Virus record (IMG/VR): IMGVR_UViG_3300027396_000015 | DNA length: 64,000 nucleotides | DNA from: an uncultured virus (IMG/VR IMGVR_UViG_3300027396_000015) | Lineage: Duplodnaviria; Heunggongvirae; Uroviricota; Caudoviricetes | Strand: one strand, 5' to 3' | Shown: one piece after another, positions 41,801 through 50,928 of the stretch | Layout: the number at the start of each line of letters is the position of its first letter | Position numbering within the stretch: position 1 is the stretch's first letter | The notes under the pieces: model-generated | The model's database searches: none | What the model was told of the DNA's origin: nothing | What the model saw: the letters and a program-made list of their open reading frames with translations, nothing else | Translations under genes and position numbers: made by a program

Positions 41801-44800
41801 ACAATTCTGTACCTGGAACATTTGTTCTGGCACTATAATAAAATTCTTTGTATTTTACAGTTTCACCTAAGGCATAGTCTTTCCATGCTGTCCATTCTGA
41901 AACAACTGCACGGTCGTAGACAAACCCTGGAATACTAAAGTCGCCTGTCCAGTCGCTAATTTTATATCCAACTACTTTAATACGTTCTTGTCTATAGCCC
42001 TGTACTTGATCGTAGATAATGTCATTAAAAATTGTAGTGTCATCTAAAATTAAAACGTGTTCTTTTTGTACAAGATTCAATGTAGCATGATATAAACCGT
42101 CTGCTGTATTTTTTGGTCGCAGACTAAAACTATTATTTTCACGAATGCTATTAGTAAAACTTGGTTCTAATTCTACGCCGTCTTGTTTGAATAGGCTATA
42201 TTCATAGAAAGGATCGTAAATGCTGTCAACTACAGCATAATCTTGTCTGTAAATCAATTCTTCTGCGGCAGGACTTACAGTAATAATCGAACCTTCGGCC
42301 CAGTTTTGTGTAGTCCAAAACGCAAACTCTTTGGCACTGGTTTGCCAGTCTGTGACTGTTTTTAAATTAGGATTAAAATATTCAAATGTGAAACCTGCAT
42401 CTGTTAGATATTTTCCGTAACCTAATAAGAAATCAACGACTTCTTGTACTGTTCTTAATTCTGCGCCGTAGTGTAATGTGCTTACAGATTTTTCAAAATT
42501 TCTTCTTATTACAATCTGACGTCCGCCAACAATTGGTAGATATGGCAGTTTAACAAAATACTTTGATTCAAATGCCGTAGTACTTGTATGCGCTACAGTA
42601 ACTCTAAAATAGTTTTGATCTGTCTTAACAATTTGACCTTTGCTGTAGAATTTATTTGAATTCCAGTCAATATAAGTTTCAGAGATTCCGCCCACATTGA
42701 TTATCGGGTCCGATACTGTATCCAGAGCTTTTTTATACTTAAATTCTGGTATAGATTTATCGTAACCTTTAATAACAAAGCCGCTGGTTGTTTTTTCAAT
42801 AATTACACCGCTATAGTTAATAGTAGTAACTGGTGTGCTAGAGTTTAAAATAATGTTATAGTTTTCCTGAGGAATGAATACATTGCCTTCATTCAAAGGA
42901 CTACGACTATCTAAAATTAATTTAAATTTTTCTTTAGTAGTAAAGCCGGCTAATTTGCTGGAAATTTTTACTTGTAAAGAAGTTAAGTCTGATTTAAAAT
43001 TGTCAAGTATTGCAAACGATTTGCTAATACCATAGTCTGACAAATAGTTTACTAGTCCGCTGGTAAACACTCTTGTGCTGTCTTTAACAGTACTTGGGAA
43101 TACCATATTTGTGGTATTAAATCTCAAGTTACCTGTAGGAAGTTTATAAACAATTTGTCCTGTTTGATCTCTGTACTGGCGAATTCTATCAAATCCTAAA
43201 GCAAACATTTTTGCAGGACGTAATAGAGTAAGTGCAGTAATTAAAGAAAATGCGTAATGACTGCTACGTCTCCACGCTGTTTCAATAGGTGTTTGATCGC
43301 CAAAAGTGAATTCTTTTTCTGTAAAGACTGAAACAAAATCTGAAACTAGTCCAACAGTTAGTGGGTCAATTAATTCTCCTGACGCATTAACAGGTACATA
43401 TTTTAACAATTCAGGTCTAGCATATAAACTGTTTCGTGTTGGTAACTGACCCGGAGCTCTTACAAGGCCTTCTGCTAGGTCATTCCATAGTAATAAATTA
43501 TCTTTAGTATAAGGTGCTGGACCGTAGGTAGTCTCCCACCATTTTGGTTTAATACTGAATCCTAACATCTCCCATGGATGTGTGTGCGGACGATCTGTAT
43601 CGTAGAAATATTTGTATATTCCTCTCCAGAAACCTGGCAACGGATTTCCTTGCGGGTCAGCAAATGACTTATAGTTATAAGTAAACGGCTCGTTTCTATC
43701 AAAGAAACTGTGTTTAGTATAATCGTCGTTGATTAAACTAGTCCAGTTTAAGAACTCTTGTCTTAGTGTAGAATTCAATTCGTCAACAGTAATATCGGCA
43801 TTTCTAAAATATCCAGTCATTAATGTATCAAGATTAAACAATTCTGGATTGTAACGAATTTTAATATTATTATAGATACGTGTTTCTAATTCTAGTAATA
43901 ACTCGTCTCTAAATTCATTTGGCTCATCTGGTTTTGAAAATGCAACAGTAATACTACCGTCGTGACCTTGTATAACTTTTGTAGGAGTAACATAAGTGTT
44001 ATCGACAAAAATCTTTGGTTCAAACAATGGATACAATCCTAACTTAGTAGGAGTCGGTGGAACACAACAGCCCGCAGTTTGATCGTATTGATAAATTTTT
44101 AATATATCGCCAGTTTGTATTGCAGATAATATTCTAACAAAACTTGTATTGACGAAAATGTAATCTCTGCCGTGCAGTAAAAGATCATCGTTGACATATA
44201 CCATTACTGCTTTAGAACTTGCTTCGTCTAAATTAAAATCGAATGTCAGTGGATAATCAGTGAAGGAATTATCAATAACTTCTTGTTCATAGACAAAATT
44301 AACTCCAAACGGAACCATGTCGCTTAGATAAAATGGAGACTCGACTGTTTTATCTTTGGTTACTTCTTTAAGCACCAAATCTAAATGTGTACGAGTTATA
44401 CCATCGTAACCATATGTAGTTGCAGTTCTAATTAAATTACGTTTGAATTTAGAATATTCGTCTCTGGCATAACGCAAACTCTTAATAATGTTAACGTTTT
44501 TATTTGTAAAACTATACATGATTGGTGCTAAAGGTCCAGAATGCTGAACTATCTGTGTACCATATCCTGATATGTTTCCTAGGTCGCGCAGATTACTAAT
44601 GCCTGGAATGTTACCTTCAAACTTAACAAAATTTTCTGAAATAGTTTTTAAATGATTAGAAATTTGACCTAAGGTCAAATCTTCTAAACTTAAATTTTGC
44701 GGGTTGCTTTCAAGATTACTTGGGAATTTATAATATCCGATGTTATCTAATTTAGTAGCAGAAGACATTGTTTCTATAACTACAACATCGTCTACAGTTA

Positions 44801-46976
44801 AATCTGCGGTAAACTGAATGTAAGCAATACTATTTTGTCTGTAAATTTCATAATCTGTACGTTTCTTATTGTTAACAAAAACCTTAACATCTAAGTCGTC
44901 TAACATTCCGCTCTTTGCATAGACGTCAATAGGGAATAAATTTAACAAATCTGCCTGGACATTGATTTGTCGTATAACCGGTTGTTTTGTTTGAAACTCA
45001 GATTTGACCCATCCATTAACAAGTCTATAGTCTGAAAGACTATCATTAATTCGAAGATACCCTCGGTCAAGCACTCGTGTGATAAGTTCAACTTCGCCTT
45101 GATAGGTAAATGAATCTTTTTGTAAATTGAAGTCAAAAACAATATCTCCAATATTACCAATGTTTCTATAAGAAATATTTTGTGTTAAAATATTATCATA
45201 TGTGTCGCCTGGCTGGTAACTAAAAACTTTAGATCCGATAAATGAAGAACCAATATAAGTTGTTCTATCTCCAAAACTTGTGGCGTTTACATCAACTACA
45301 TCAAACAATGGTGCAACATTAACTGCTGTTTTGTCCTGACTCTCTACCCACGCACCACTAGAATAGTGGAACATTTTTCCTTTAAAATTGTCGCCGTCTG
45401 TAACTAGTACAGTTTCACCGTCAATAGGAGTAGTATCTGTTTCTTCTAATAGTGTAATTCTCTTAACACCAAGGTGTGTAATAAATCCAATTTTAAAAAT
45501 ACGACCATTTACAATGGCATCAGTATCAGCGGCAAACAGAACACGCATGCCTTCTAGTAATAATACACCGTCAATATTATAACCTATACTACCTTCAACA
45601 GTCGAAAACGCATCTTTAGTATACAAGTCAACTAAATCAACGCTACGCTTTGCCTGACGTCCAAAATTCCATAATTGTAAGTCTGGTTTAAATTCAATAA
45701 TAGGTCGTTTAGCTCTAGCAGTCTGATCTATTTCAACAGGTTGATTATTATATGTTGCACTGGCTTCTATGACTGAACGATGGAACCAGCGGTTATATCT
45801 CGACCAGTGATTTCTATCTCTGCTTGCTCTGCTGATAGTGATATAATCTTTTTCCGCAGGATAGTTACTATTAACATCAAAACCTTGTGTATCAAAGTTT
45901 TCTGTATCAAATTCGATGTCGCTGTCTAAGGCAAAAGATGATGGAGTTTGTAAATCAAACTCTGCAATTAATCTAATTTTATCACCTACACCTTCAACAT
46001 ACCAGTTGTCTGTAGCATACTTCGCCGGAGTAACATTACCTATAAAATAAACTTTCATACCGTTGGACAACTCTGTTGTACCGTCAATATTATATGTTTT
46101 CTTTCCTAGTATTTCTTTTTCGACATCGATAAATGTATTCTCGGCAATATCATAAATTTTAAAGAATCCAGATGTATTAATATTGTTAGCACTAACGTAA
46201 TATAATAAATCTGGTGCATCGTCTGGAACTGTAAAAGTAATAGTTCCCACTTCTACATAAGGAGTATCGCTGATAACCCCATCAGTGTAGATATAAGAAT
46301 CGGCCATATCTCTGATTGTCTTAAATGCGATTGCATTACCTGGACAATTAATATCAAACTTATAAGTTTGACCTCTATACAATTTTAGACTTGGGTTGCG
46401 AGTTAATCCGTCTGGACTGAAAACATAGGCAATATTGTCAACATCGCTGACAGTAGTCACAGTATATGTGCTAATAATACTACGAGATTGTCCTTTAACT
46501 GCAATAGACTGCGGACCTTTTGGTAGCCAGTAATATTCTCTATAGTTAACAAATTTGTCCCAATCTATATTAGGATTCCAACTATAAAACTCTTGACTGT
46601 TAATCTTGCTATGGTCTACCGCAGAAGAATTAAAATATACAAGTTGGTTGATATAGTCGTTATAATCACTGAAGAATGTTACATTCTCTAAACTATCTTT
46701 GACAATAATTGCTGGCTCAAGTTGGTAGGCAGAACGTTCTACAGATATTTCATCAACATAGTTGTCCGAAGGCACATAGGCTTTGCTATTTTTTCTACCA
46801 ATATACGCATTAATTTTATCAACATTGCCAACAGAAATTAACTGATCTAATGTTCCGTTTAAAAATTTCTGATTGGTACTAGTTCTAAAATATCTAGGTA
46901 AAAAATTAACCGCGCTTCTAGTTGTATCTGTACCGATTGGCAGACTTGGTTCTTTTTGATCTTTAGTAAATGCCAT
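32892..46976 (-). CDS. Giant (4694 aa) baseplate wedge / virion structural protein (gp7-like position)
   Basis: Uninterrupted ORF downstream of gp6-like gene; LYRGQTYKF, beta-propeller-like FG repeats, NPGRGY/GGSGY repeats, YINEVKPYRTK, RGTLGT. Confidence 0.75.
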   Translation of the reverse strand: MAFTKDQKEPSLPIGTDTTRSAVNFLPRYFRTSTNQKFLNGTLDQLISVGNVDKINAYIGRKNSKAYVPSDNYVDEISVERSAYQLEPAIIVKDSLENVTFFSDYNDYINQLVYFNSSAVDHSKINSQEFYSWNPNIDWDKFVNYREYYWLPKGPQSIAVKGQSRSIISTYTVTTVSDVDNIAYVFSPDGLTRNPSLKLYRGQTYKFDINCPGNAIAFKTIRDMADSYIYTDGVISDTPYVEVGTITFTVPDDAPDLLYYVSANNINTSGFFKIYDIAENTFIDVEKEILGKKTYNIDGTTELSNGMKVYFIGNVTPAKYATDNWYVEGVGDKIRLIAEFDLQTPSSFALDSDIEFDTENFDTQGFDVNSNYPAEKDYITISRASRDRNHWSRYNRWFHRSVIEASATYNNQPVEIDQTARAKRPIIEFKPDLQLWNFGRQAKRSVDLVDLYTKDAFSTVEGSIGYNIDGVLLLEGMRVLFAADTDAIVNGRIFKIGFITHLGVKRITLLEETDTTPIDGETVLVTDGDNFKGKMFHYSSGAWVESQDKTAVNVAPLFDVVDVNATSFGDRTTYIGSSFIGSKVFSYQPGDTYDNILTQNISYRNIGNIGDIVFDFNLQKDSFTYQGEVELITRVLDRGYLRINDSLSDYRLVNGWVKSEFQTKQPVIRQINVQADLLNLFPIDVYAKSGMLDDLDVKVFVNNKKRTDYEIYRQNSIAYIQFTADLTVDDVVVIETMSSATKLDNIGYYKFPSNLESNPQNLSLEDLTLGQISNHLKTISENFVKFEGNIPGISNLRDLGNISGYGTQIVQHSGPLAPIMYSFTNKNVNIIKSLRYARDEYSKFKRNLIRTATTYGYDGITRTHLDLVLKEVTKDKTVESPFYLSDMVPFGVNFVYEQEVIDNSFTDYPLTFDFNLDEASSKAVMVYVNDDLLLHGRDYIFVNTSFVRILSAIQTGDILKIYQYDQTAGCCVPPTPTKLGLYPLFEPKIFVDNTYVTPTKVIQGHDGSITVAFSKPDEPNEFRDELLLELETRIYNNIKIRYNPELFNLDTLMTGYFRNADITVDELNSTLRQEFLNWTSLINDDYTKHSFFDRNEPFTYNYKSFADPQGNPLPGFWRGIYKYFYDTDRPHTHPWEMLGFSIKPKWWETTYGPAPYTKDNLLLWNDLAEGLVRAPGQLPTRNSLYARPELLKYVPVNASGELIDPLTVGLVSDFVSVFTEKEFTFGDQTPIETAWRRSSHYAFSLITALTLLRPAKMFALGFDRIRQYRDQTGQIVYKLPTGNLRFNTTNMVFPSTVKDSTRVFTSGLVNYLSDYGISKSFAILDNFKSDLTSLQVKISSKLAGFTTKEKFKLILDSRSPLNEGNVFIPQENYNIILNSSTPVTTINYSGVIIEKTTSGFVIKGYDKSIPEFKYKKALDTVSDPIINVGGISETYIDWNSNKFYSKGQIVKTDQNYFRVTVAHTSTTAFESKYFVKLPYLPIVGGRQIVIRRNFEKSVSTLHYGAELRTVQEVVDFLLGYGKYLTDAGFTFEYFNPNLKTVTDWQTSAKEFAFWTTQNWAEGSIITVSPAAEELIYRQDYAVVDSIYDPFYEYSLFKQDGVELEPSFTNSIRENNSFSLRPKNTADGLYHATLNLVQKEHVLILDDTTIFNDIIYDQVQGYRQERIKVVGYKISDWTGDFSIPGFVYDRAVVSEWTAWKDYALGETVKYKEFYYSARTNVPGTELFDDNNWYRLDGRPQSKLIPNWDYRATQFEDFYDLDTDSFDVDQQKFAQHLIGYQKRQYLENIINDDVSQYKFYQGMIQEKGTQNSLSKLFDALNYANTDSLEFFEEWAIRLGQYGASGGYEEVEYILNEEKFLINPQPIELVNAVPFGVNDFVYRITQDQVYLKPDDYTHEPFPVLASQKEYIRTAGYVNYEDVDYIISSKDEFANYNIKNLVEGTYFWLGFDNSSWNVYRFTNFAKSVKSVSEGTNLRITLNTKLPVDIEVGSYIGINNTNASLEGIKQVLDTGLNWFEITMPANLDTAAIAEINLFLNINLFKFTPQRLSSINDLNSLPVSAKKNNEIVWTDGVNNAWSVWKFAKTYTSTKITSEENYFGKVIAVDNTETVLAATSTNAVLFYSRPTSTFGWAFQDSIFPLSTETFTDTNGSFGDSLCFNADGSYLFVGAPRYGITSEPGALPTDPPIITEVDIGYVAQYTKNIYGSYEFTRVIQSATPTQFQYFGQKIQVNGNVLYIVSKGNGSSVPAAVSAYNLTTNTFLATLTLPTGISITDIDISSSNIVAISKNDESVLVVRLAGTAFTTVQEINVSDFTSLEVLETGSNFGTSVAITKDSTFVAVGVPGYSGVASNQGAVALFKLNASTYVADDFITSPLNQDSEKFGYRVRFNLDNDRLVIYSYGGSQTIETIIDSGETTFDLNVTTFIEEQEFTGSVRVYEKYDAKFLIGDELEPTAVSGINYGDAFVVARKIYINDQTSINGSFHEFSGSTKSWTKFREPEPSVNLSKIKSLFLYNTRTNSVVANLDFIDPITGKILGIAEQELTFKTYYDPAIYTVGVESVVVDLLMGWTTPHVGKLWWDLSTIKFANPLQGSIVYKANTWNNVYNDSTVDIYEWVESEYTPSEWDSLADTETGLALGISGTSKYGDLAYSIKQKYDTISKTFTNTYYFWVKNKTTVPDVTFRKTSASDVANLISNPKGQGIQYATLLGKNQFALVNCKGLITGKDVALNVRYWTVNNTENNIHAHYQLLAEGNTNKKLNKYVEQKWFDSLIGYDINGAEVPDPRLPAKLKYGILNKPRQGMFVNRLEALKQFIERVNSVLIQRAIIDDFDFTALNSKEEPPTELSGKYDIAIDSQSQIRFVGSTGFIQATAVPVVEAGKIVRVVVTNPGRGYKIAPEIIVNGAGTGVKLTAKINTIGEVTGVTVDNFGRDYLDSTTLYIRPFTILVNNDETAANKWSLYIWDSVKGDWFRSKTQIYDVTKHWDYADWYADGYSAFTKVDHLVDFSYEMSFIDIAVGDLVKIKNEKSGGWILLERINTLVTDNISLNYTTVGRQNGTIQFNSNLYKFTNSNIGFDSFTYDGDVYDDEPKEELRIILDVIKNNLLIDDLEVEYNKLFFASLRYVFSEQTFVDWAFKTSFVKSQHNLGELKQKVNYKNDNLASYEEYINEVKPYRTKVREFISNYTATDNTYTGTTDFDLPARYDTEEGKILPFDVKVNNSVITYNSSAILNAPYSDWLDHAGYRVTEIVVVDGGSGYQAAPAVEVVGVCKTKATAKAYISQGSVTKIAVETKGEGYLTTPTIVISGSVGASGVTAKATAILGEGVTRTNTIGVKFDRIIPEYQVSSITMSQTFDGTGSRTLFQLNWPIDIRTNKTAVTVSNEELLSSDFTVYNKKDTSLGYTRYIGILELSTAAEVGSSNITVTYTKDIRLLTAADRIQYYYSPITGQIGKDLGQLMSGVDYGGVEITGLGFEISSGWDGLPWFTAGWDDFDEDYTDFLVVSDGTTRSYNLPYIPADGEQINVYINGVRIDDINYDVYTSAETAYNTAAALLEVYTAEEIALQADKDAKEITVNSLTQELIDTQAVIADLQAQLEITSPSDPLYFALQTTLAENQAQETQLISDLTIAQGELDDAEALLTAKQVQVANKTLDVAAKLATLNATDEITNPDAQMQTFVGDGSTDTPIVIPAYVDVNSGDTIIFRKSTSDGSFRPNQQYLDSEISGGDFTYTTARGIRAEDINLDGDNFVTPTNSHAPEEVVTGQVVDSVAITVYHTVEDGTPIIVTRHYITTEPENEFLIGQRPNSTQAAVVKLNGLIKKQDVDYTLNYAMQKVVFPTNLPVGSEVVITSMSKNGTSILDSDSFTGDGVSVDFVTVARWDGDYSALVTVNGVPATVTTFVTDNTYSEVGNIGIRFATAPVNTAIIDYTIIGTALNTVSRVSTETVVYDGTSQVYSLTNTPANLRPFDNNVLVEYAGRILRPADTVYFDVVGTVRTYTVSTVDYAINTIDANKVRVFLNGTELAISRQFTWKSSSNQLTIKRGVAKVGDKIALVILENAEYYIDEDSTGAQLRLVDSYSVNDKFAVTTFTNHDILDIERNSDYITSASIVTVGTTDYYRLNQLLAGRIQLRNPALGAQYIWLALNGELLTPEIDYILEDNLTYIQIDRNRVLTSTDVIDLIVFSSDVTTGRPFGYRIFKDMLNRTIYKRLDSEASAVLAQPLNYYDTTIVLEDASGLVEPLRSQNQAGIVLIDKERIEYLEKDGNTLKYLRRGTLGTGVPEVHPVGTAVLDASTNQTVPYKDETETVVLVAGGYSQASEIYENSFGINVTSVKYNFNNTTAFPLGGQVVTVKGTGFKENVEVVIGDPTLKTTFVATEVNSANEIIVSNIDRLFVGKEVVFSGAVFGGIDSSISYYILTYGQDVVTEEYYITVSETVNGSPVSLSVSTGEMTGSHMRAKCNTTYVSSTELTFISQAEVVGAYDLVIVNPSFSVGPVTVAQTSYVAPAAIKYVQILLPFSPIVNTITTRNPAETGEWYKETAEISVANIQVGRGYKIKTIGTTDYMSIGASSNTIGTEFIATAVGSGTGTVLDYTSIPLEYWEGLDIEVFVAGRRLRKNPTSVWDESLGPDSPSGDKQLQAEFAVNKNVGAYVRLTEPPTNGAKVIVQKKVGQAWVAQGQSLVDAQTDQAKFVRAKTANLPR

Positions 46977-46986
46977 TTACTGTCCT

Positions 46987-49900
46987 TTAGTTACTTACTA
47001 TGCCGTTTGCTGAAGTGGTGCTAGATGTTAGCACAACTCCTGTTGTGTTTAATCTTGCCGCTGTAATTTCTGAAATAATTTCAACATTATCTACAGACAC
47101 AGAACTGGCAAATATTTCATCCGGATTTGCTTTAATTTCATAAAGACTGCCAAATGACAAGTTTTGATTTTTAGGAACTAAAACAATATTTGCAATTCTT
47201 GGACTCATTCTGTTCATGATATAGGTTGCTAATTCTCCAAAGTAGAATGTATCTCCAAAGTCCCAGTTATCTATAGAAAAGAATTCCTTAATTGCGCTAA
47301 CAACTCCAGTCTTAATATCATTGTCGCTGACTACTAATGAACTATTTTTAACAACTTTAAATGTTGCCTGTAGACTAATATCTGCTTTAGATCCAAATAA
47401 ATTTTTATATTTTACAGGATGATAGATTACTTCGTCGCTAATTGCTTTAATTTTTCCTAACTCTGCACCAAAATTAATGAATAGTGCATCACTGCTTGGA
47501 GGCAGTGGCTTGGTTGTTATGTCACCGTTTAGCCACAAGCGATATTGCGTGTCATAGTTTTTTGTTAACATGAATACATCAATAATATTTGTTGCTGCCG
47601 GATCTATTCTTGCACTTTCATCTGCGGCGTGTACGTATTGGAATTTTAACATGTCTCTGCCCACAAATGCTCTGTACTCTGTAGTGATTACAAAACTTAC
47701 ACTTTCTTTATAGAAAACTTTAACAACGTTTTCATCCATAATATAGATTAATTGTTGGTTGTCTAACAGATTGCTGTCTACTACACCCTGTGTCGTAAAA
47801 ATTTTAATTAGATTATTTTCATTCTTAATATAATAGTAATCTGTTATACCATCGATACTAACTCTGCTCTTTTGAAAAATAAATTTTTGTTCTGGGTTAA
47901 CATCTGGTGCAACAATAACATCAAAAATTTCTGGGTTGTCAACTACACCGTCTTCGTCCTGATCGTAAAAACTAATTGAAATCTTTTTACTATCGATGTA
48001 GCCGTCAGATCCTTTATATTCGTCAACAATTTCCCAATTAACATCTTGATTAATCGGTGTTGTGGCATCTGGTTCTGGGTTGATTCCTAATACAGAAATT
48101 TTGTCTCTAACAATTTTTCCTGTACTAGTGTCGTATACTTTGTCTGAACTATCAAAGAAAAATCTAATTTCTTTTTCGCTTTCAAAAACGTAGCGAGTGC
48201 CGCGACTTGTAACAGTATAAGTTTCACCGTTAGTTTCAAATAAAATAATCCAACTGGCGTCTAATTGTTGGTTACTTACATCTCCTGCTTTACCTAAACT
48301 AAAATCGTTTTTCTTATCGACGTTGGTGTCTGTAACAATTTTCCATGTAGTAAGATTAGCATCGTAACGTAAACCAAATTCTTTATTAGCAAATATTAAA
48401 TCAACCATTCTGGTAATTACGCTAGATTCTAAACCTGTTACAAATTTAGGTAATATAGAATCTATGTATGATCCGGTAGCAATAACATCGTTAAGGATAA
48501 CCGGTCCGGTTCCGTCAGTTAATTGTCCTGTATTTGAAGCAGTACCATCAGAAATAACATTAATTACTTTGCTCCAAATGTATGTTTTTGAATTTTCATC
48601 TGCCGCTGTTGCATCTATAATATTATTATCTGCATCAAATACTTTTCCTGTCGGTGGAATAAATTTTGCAAGGGCACCTGGAATTAAGTATCTCAAATTA
48701 GAACTGGTAAAAGATCCTAACTTCTTTGTGGCTGCATTTTCAATGTCGCCTACATAACCTGTAGACAAATTAACTGCATTAGTCTTTTGATAAAATGCAC
48801 TATAATTAGGTGCTAGTGTAACTGTTGGATATCTGTCAAGATAAAAATCAATAGTTTTTCTAAGAGCAAGTATAGGCTCTATTTGATTTAATACTACATT
48901 TTCGATATCAGAACGTGTGCTTACGCTAAAGGTAAAAATATCTACTATCGGTTCTTTATAGATAACTCCATCTGTACCAAACAAATTAGTCGTGCTGTAT
49001 TTTCCTGTAGAATCTTTTAGGTCAAAATAACGGCTAATACCACTGCTAACTCTGTTAACAGATTTAATTTTAACAACTTCTTGATTAACACTTAGTGGAA
49101 GAATATTATAATCTTCACCGGTGATCATTCGACTCTGTGTATAATAAGTTGCAGGAGCATTGTTTTTAATTTCGTCAGATGTTTCTGCAATAGTCGCATT
49201 AGTAACTGTATATTTTAATCCTAATGCAACGGTTACAACTTCCTTCTTTCCTGAGCGACTGATGTAAGGAATATCAATGGTAACGTTTTTAATATCTGCT
49301 GGATTAATAGAATAAGACTGTCCATTACTTGTTCTGTAATAAACTTTAAAATTACCTTGTGGTAAATTTCCAAAAGTTCCATCAGAAAAGATTAATCTAA
49401 TACGATCCAATGAACGTGTAAGCACAGAGTAAACATCTCTAATATTCTTAGAAAGACTATTGTAAATGATGTTGTTGCCTTCAACAGAATCAACTTTAGT
49501 CCATAGTGTGGATTCAAAACCAATACTGTCAAGTCCGTATAACCACACGTCTGTGTTGTTTACGTTAGGACTGTCAATGTCTAATGTTTCACTAGTGCTT
49601 GGTCGTTCAATTGTAAATGTACTTTCTTGTAATGTACCTTGACGGAAATGTACAAAGAAACCTGTGTTACTACTAGGAGGACCGCCGCCATCATCTCTGT
49701 ATAAGAATGCTAGACTGTTTGTTGGAAACGGAGGTTCTTCATAGATAAAGTTTGCTCCAGAAAATGATGTAGATACTACTTCGAAATCAATATTTCTACC
49801 ATCAATATTTTTGCTAAATCCGTAGATAGGCACTTCAGTATTTGATGCGTTGAATCGATATTGTTCGCAAGGAACACCACTAATTGTTGCGCTGTCTGTT

Positions 49901-50418
49901 GGTTTTCCAAATTGGCTGGTTTCTGGCAACGAAGCATTGATTACTTTAATAAACTGCTCGTACCAATTGCTGTTAGCACTGTCATTCCATACAATAGTCT
50001 GATTGGATAAATCTCTGCCGTTGCTGTCAATAACAGATTCTGTTGTAGATATAGAAGTGAACTTTAAAAGTCCGTTGGCTGGCTGATTGCGCTTAGGGTT
50101 GTAGGATAGTAAACGTGCTAGACGTAGCACACTTTCACGACGTTCTGCTAGTTCAAGGAAGTTATCACGAGCGTTTAAATCAAATCTAAATGCTAGGTTT
50201 TGTCCCAAGAAAGCAATAAGGTCAATAAGGGCCAAGTATTCACTTGACTCAATATAATCGTTAAAATCTTCTGGATAATTTTCACGTAGATACGTGATCA
50301 TAGTACGACGAAGGTTGTCAAAGTCGTACGATTTAAAGTCTGCGTTTTTAAAGCTCTGGTATACTCGTTTCCAGTCTTCTGCCGCTATTAGTTTATTTTG
50401 TCTATCTACACTTGCCAT
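46987..50418 (-). CDS. Baseplate wedge subunit (T4 gp6-like)
   Basis: DFKSYDFDNLR, LIDLIAFLG, FLELAERRESVLRLARLLSYNP, FSDGTFGNLP, QSRMITGEDY. Confidence 0.85.
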   Translation of the reverse strand: MASVDRQNKLIAAEDWKRVYQSFKNADFKSYDFDNLRRTMITYLRENYPEDFNDYIESSEYLALIDLIAFLGQNLAFRFDLNARDNFLELAERRESVLRLARLLSYNPKRNQPANGLLKFTSISTTESVIDSNGRDLSNQTIVWNDSANSNWYEQFIKVINASLPETSQFGKPTDSATISGVPCEQYRFNASNTEVPIYGFSKNIDGRNIDFEVVSTSFSGANFIYEEPPFPTNSLAFLYRDDGGGPPSSNTGFFVHFRQGTLQESTFTIERPSTSETLDIDSPNVNNTDVWLYGLDSIGFESTLWTKVDSVEGNNIIYNSLSKNIRDVYSVLTRSLDRIRLIFSDGTFGNLPQGNFKVYYRTSNGQSYSINPADIKNVTIDIPYISRSGKKEVVTVALGLKYTVTNATIAETSDEIKNNAPATYYTQSRMITGEDYNILPLSVNQEVVKIKSVNRVSSGISRYFDLKDSTGKYSTTNLFGTDGVIYKEPIVDIFTFSVSTRSDIENVVLNQIEPILALRKTIDFYLDRYPTVTLAPNYSAFYQKTNAVNLSTGYVGDIENAATKKLGSFTSSNLRYLIPGALAKFIPPTGKVFDADNNIIDATAADENSKTYIWSKVINVISDGTASNTGQLTDGTGPVILNDVIATGSYIDSILPKFVTGLESSVITRMVDLIFANKEFGLRYDANLTTWKIVTDTNVDKKNDFSLGKAGDVSNQQLDASWIILFETNGETYTVTSRGTRYVFESEKEIRFFFDSSDKVYDTSTGKIVRDKISVLGINPEPDATTPINQDVNWEIVDEYKGSDGYIDSKKISISFYDQDEDGVVDNPEIFDVIVAPDVNPEQKFIFQKSRVSIDGITDYYYIKNENNLIKIFTTQGVVDSNLLDNQQLIYIMDENVVKVFYKESVSFVITTEYRAFVGRDMLKFQYVHAADESARIDPAATNIIDVFMLTKNYDTQYRLWLNGDITTKPLPPSSDALFINFGAELGKIKAISDEVIYHPVKYKNLFGSKADISLQATFKVVKNSSLVVSDNDIKTGVVSAIKEFFSIDNWDFGDTFYFGELATYIMNRMSPRIANIVLVPKNQNLSFGSLYEIKANPDEIFASSVSVDNVEIISEITAARLNTTGVVLTSSTTSANGIVSN

Positions 50419-50436
50419 AATCAGCCCTCGATATTA

Positions 50437-50444
50437 TATTTATC
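50437..50444 (-). promoter_or_regulatory. T4-like late promoter box
   Basis: GATAAATA upstream of GAGGG SD of the gp6-like gene. Confidence 0.6.
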
Positions 50445-50467
50445 AAGTCTAAAAAGTGGGTAGATTA

Positions 50468-50911
50468 TTAACTGAGGATGTTATTTTCTTCGTCAAATCT
50501 GAAGCGTAGTTGTTCAGAAATATTATAAGGCAAATAAGTTAAGTTACATTCTACTTGAATGCCGCTTTCATATTGGCTTACTATAAGGCTATCTACTTTA
50601 ACTCTAGGGTCGTAGTTCATTATCTGTGTAACGTTTTCTGCAATAATATCTTTTAATTCTTCTGTTAAAGGATCGAATAAAAGGTCCCAAATAATACAAC
50701 CAAACTCAGGATTTTCTAATTTTTCACCCTGTCTAATATGTAGATGATTCACAATATCCTGCTTGATTAGACTTAAATCATATAGTGTAAAACTACCTGT
50801 TGGGTTGCTAATTGTGCTTAGTCCGCGGTACGCTCGGCCCGTTGGAACGGCATCTGGTATTCCGTTTTGAGGGATTACACTTCTACCTGAGACTGAGTTA
50901 TAAGTTGCCAT
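50468..50911 (-). CDS. Baseplate wedge subunit (gp25-like)
   Basis: LIKQDIVNHLHIRQGEKLENPEFGCIIWDLLFDP..YDPRV. Confidence 0.85.
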   Translation of the reverse strand: MATYNSVSGRSVIPQNGIPDAVPTGRAYRGLSTISNPTGSFTLYDLSLIKQDIVNHLHIRQGEKLENPEFGCIIWDLLFDPLTEELKDIIAENVTQIMNYDPRVKVDSLIVSQYESGIQVECNLTYLPYNISEQLRFRFDEENNILS

Positions 50912-50928
50912 AGTTTAATATTTATTTC

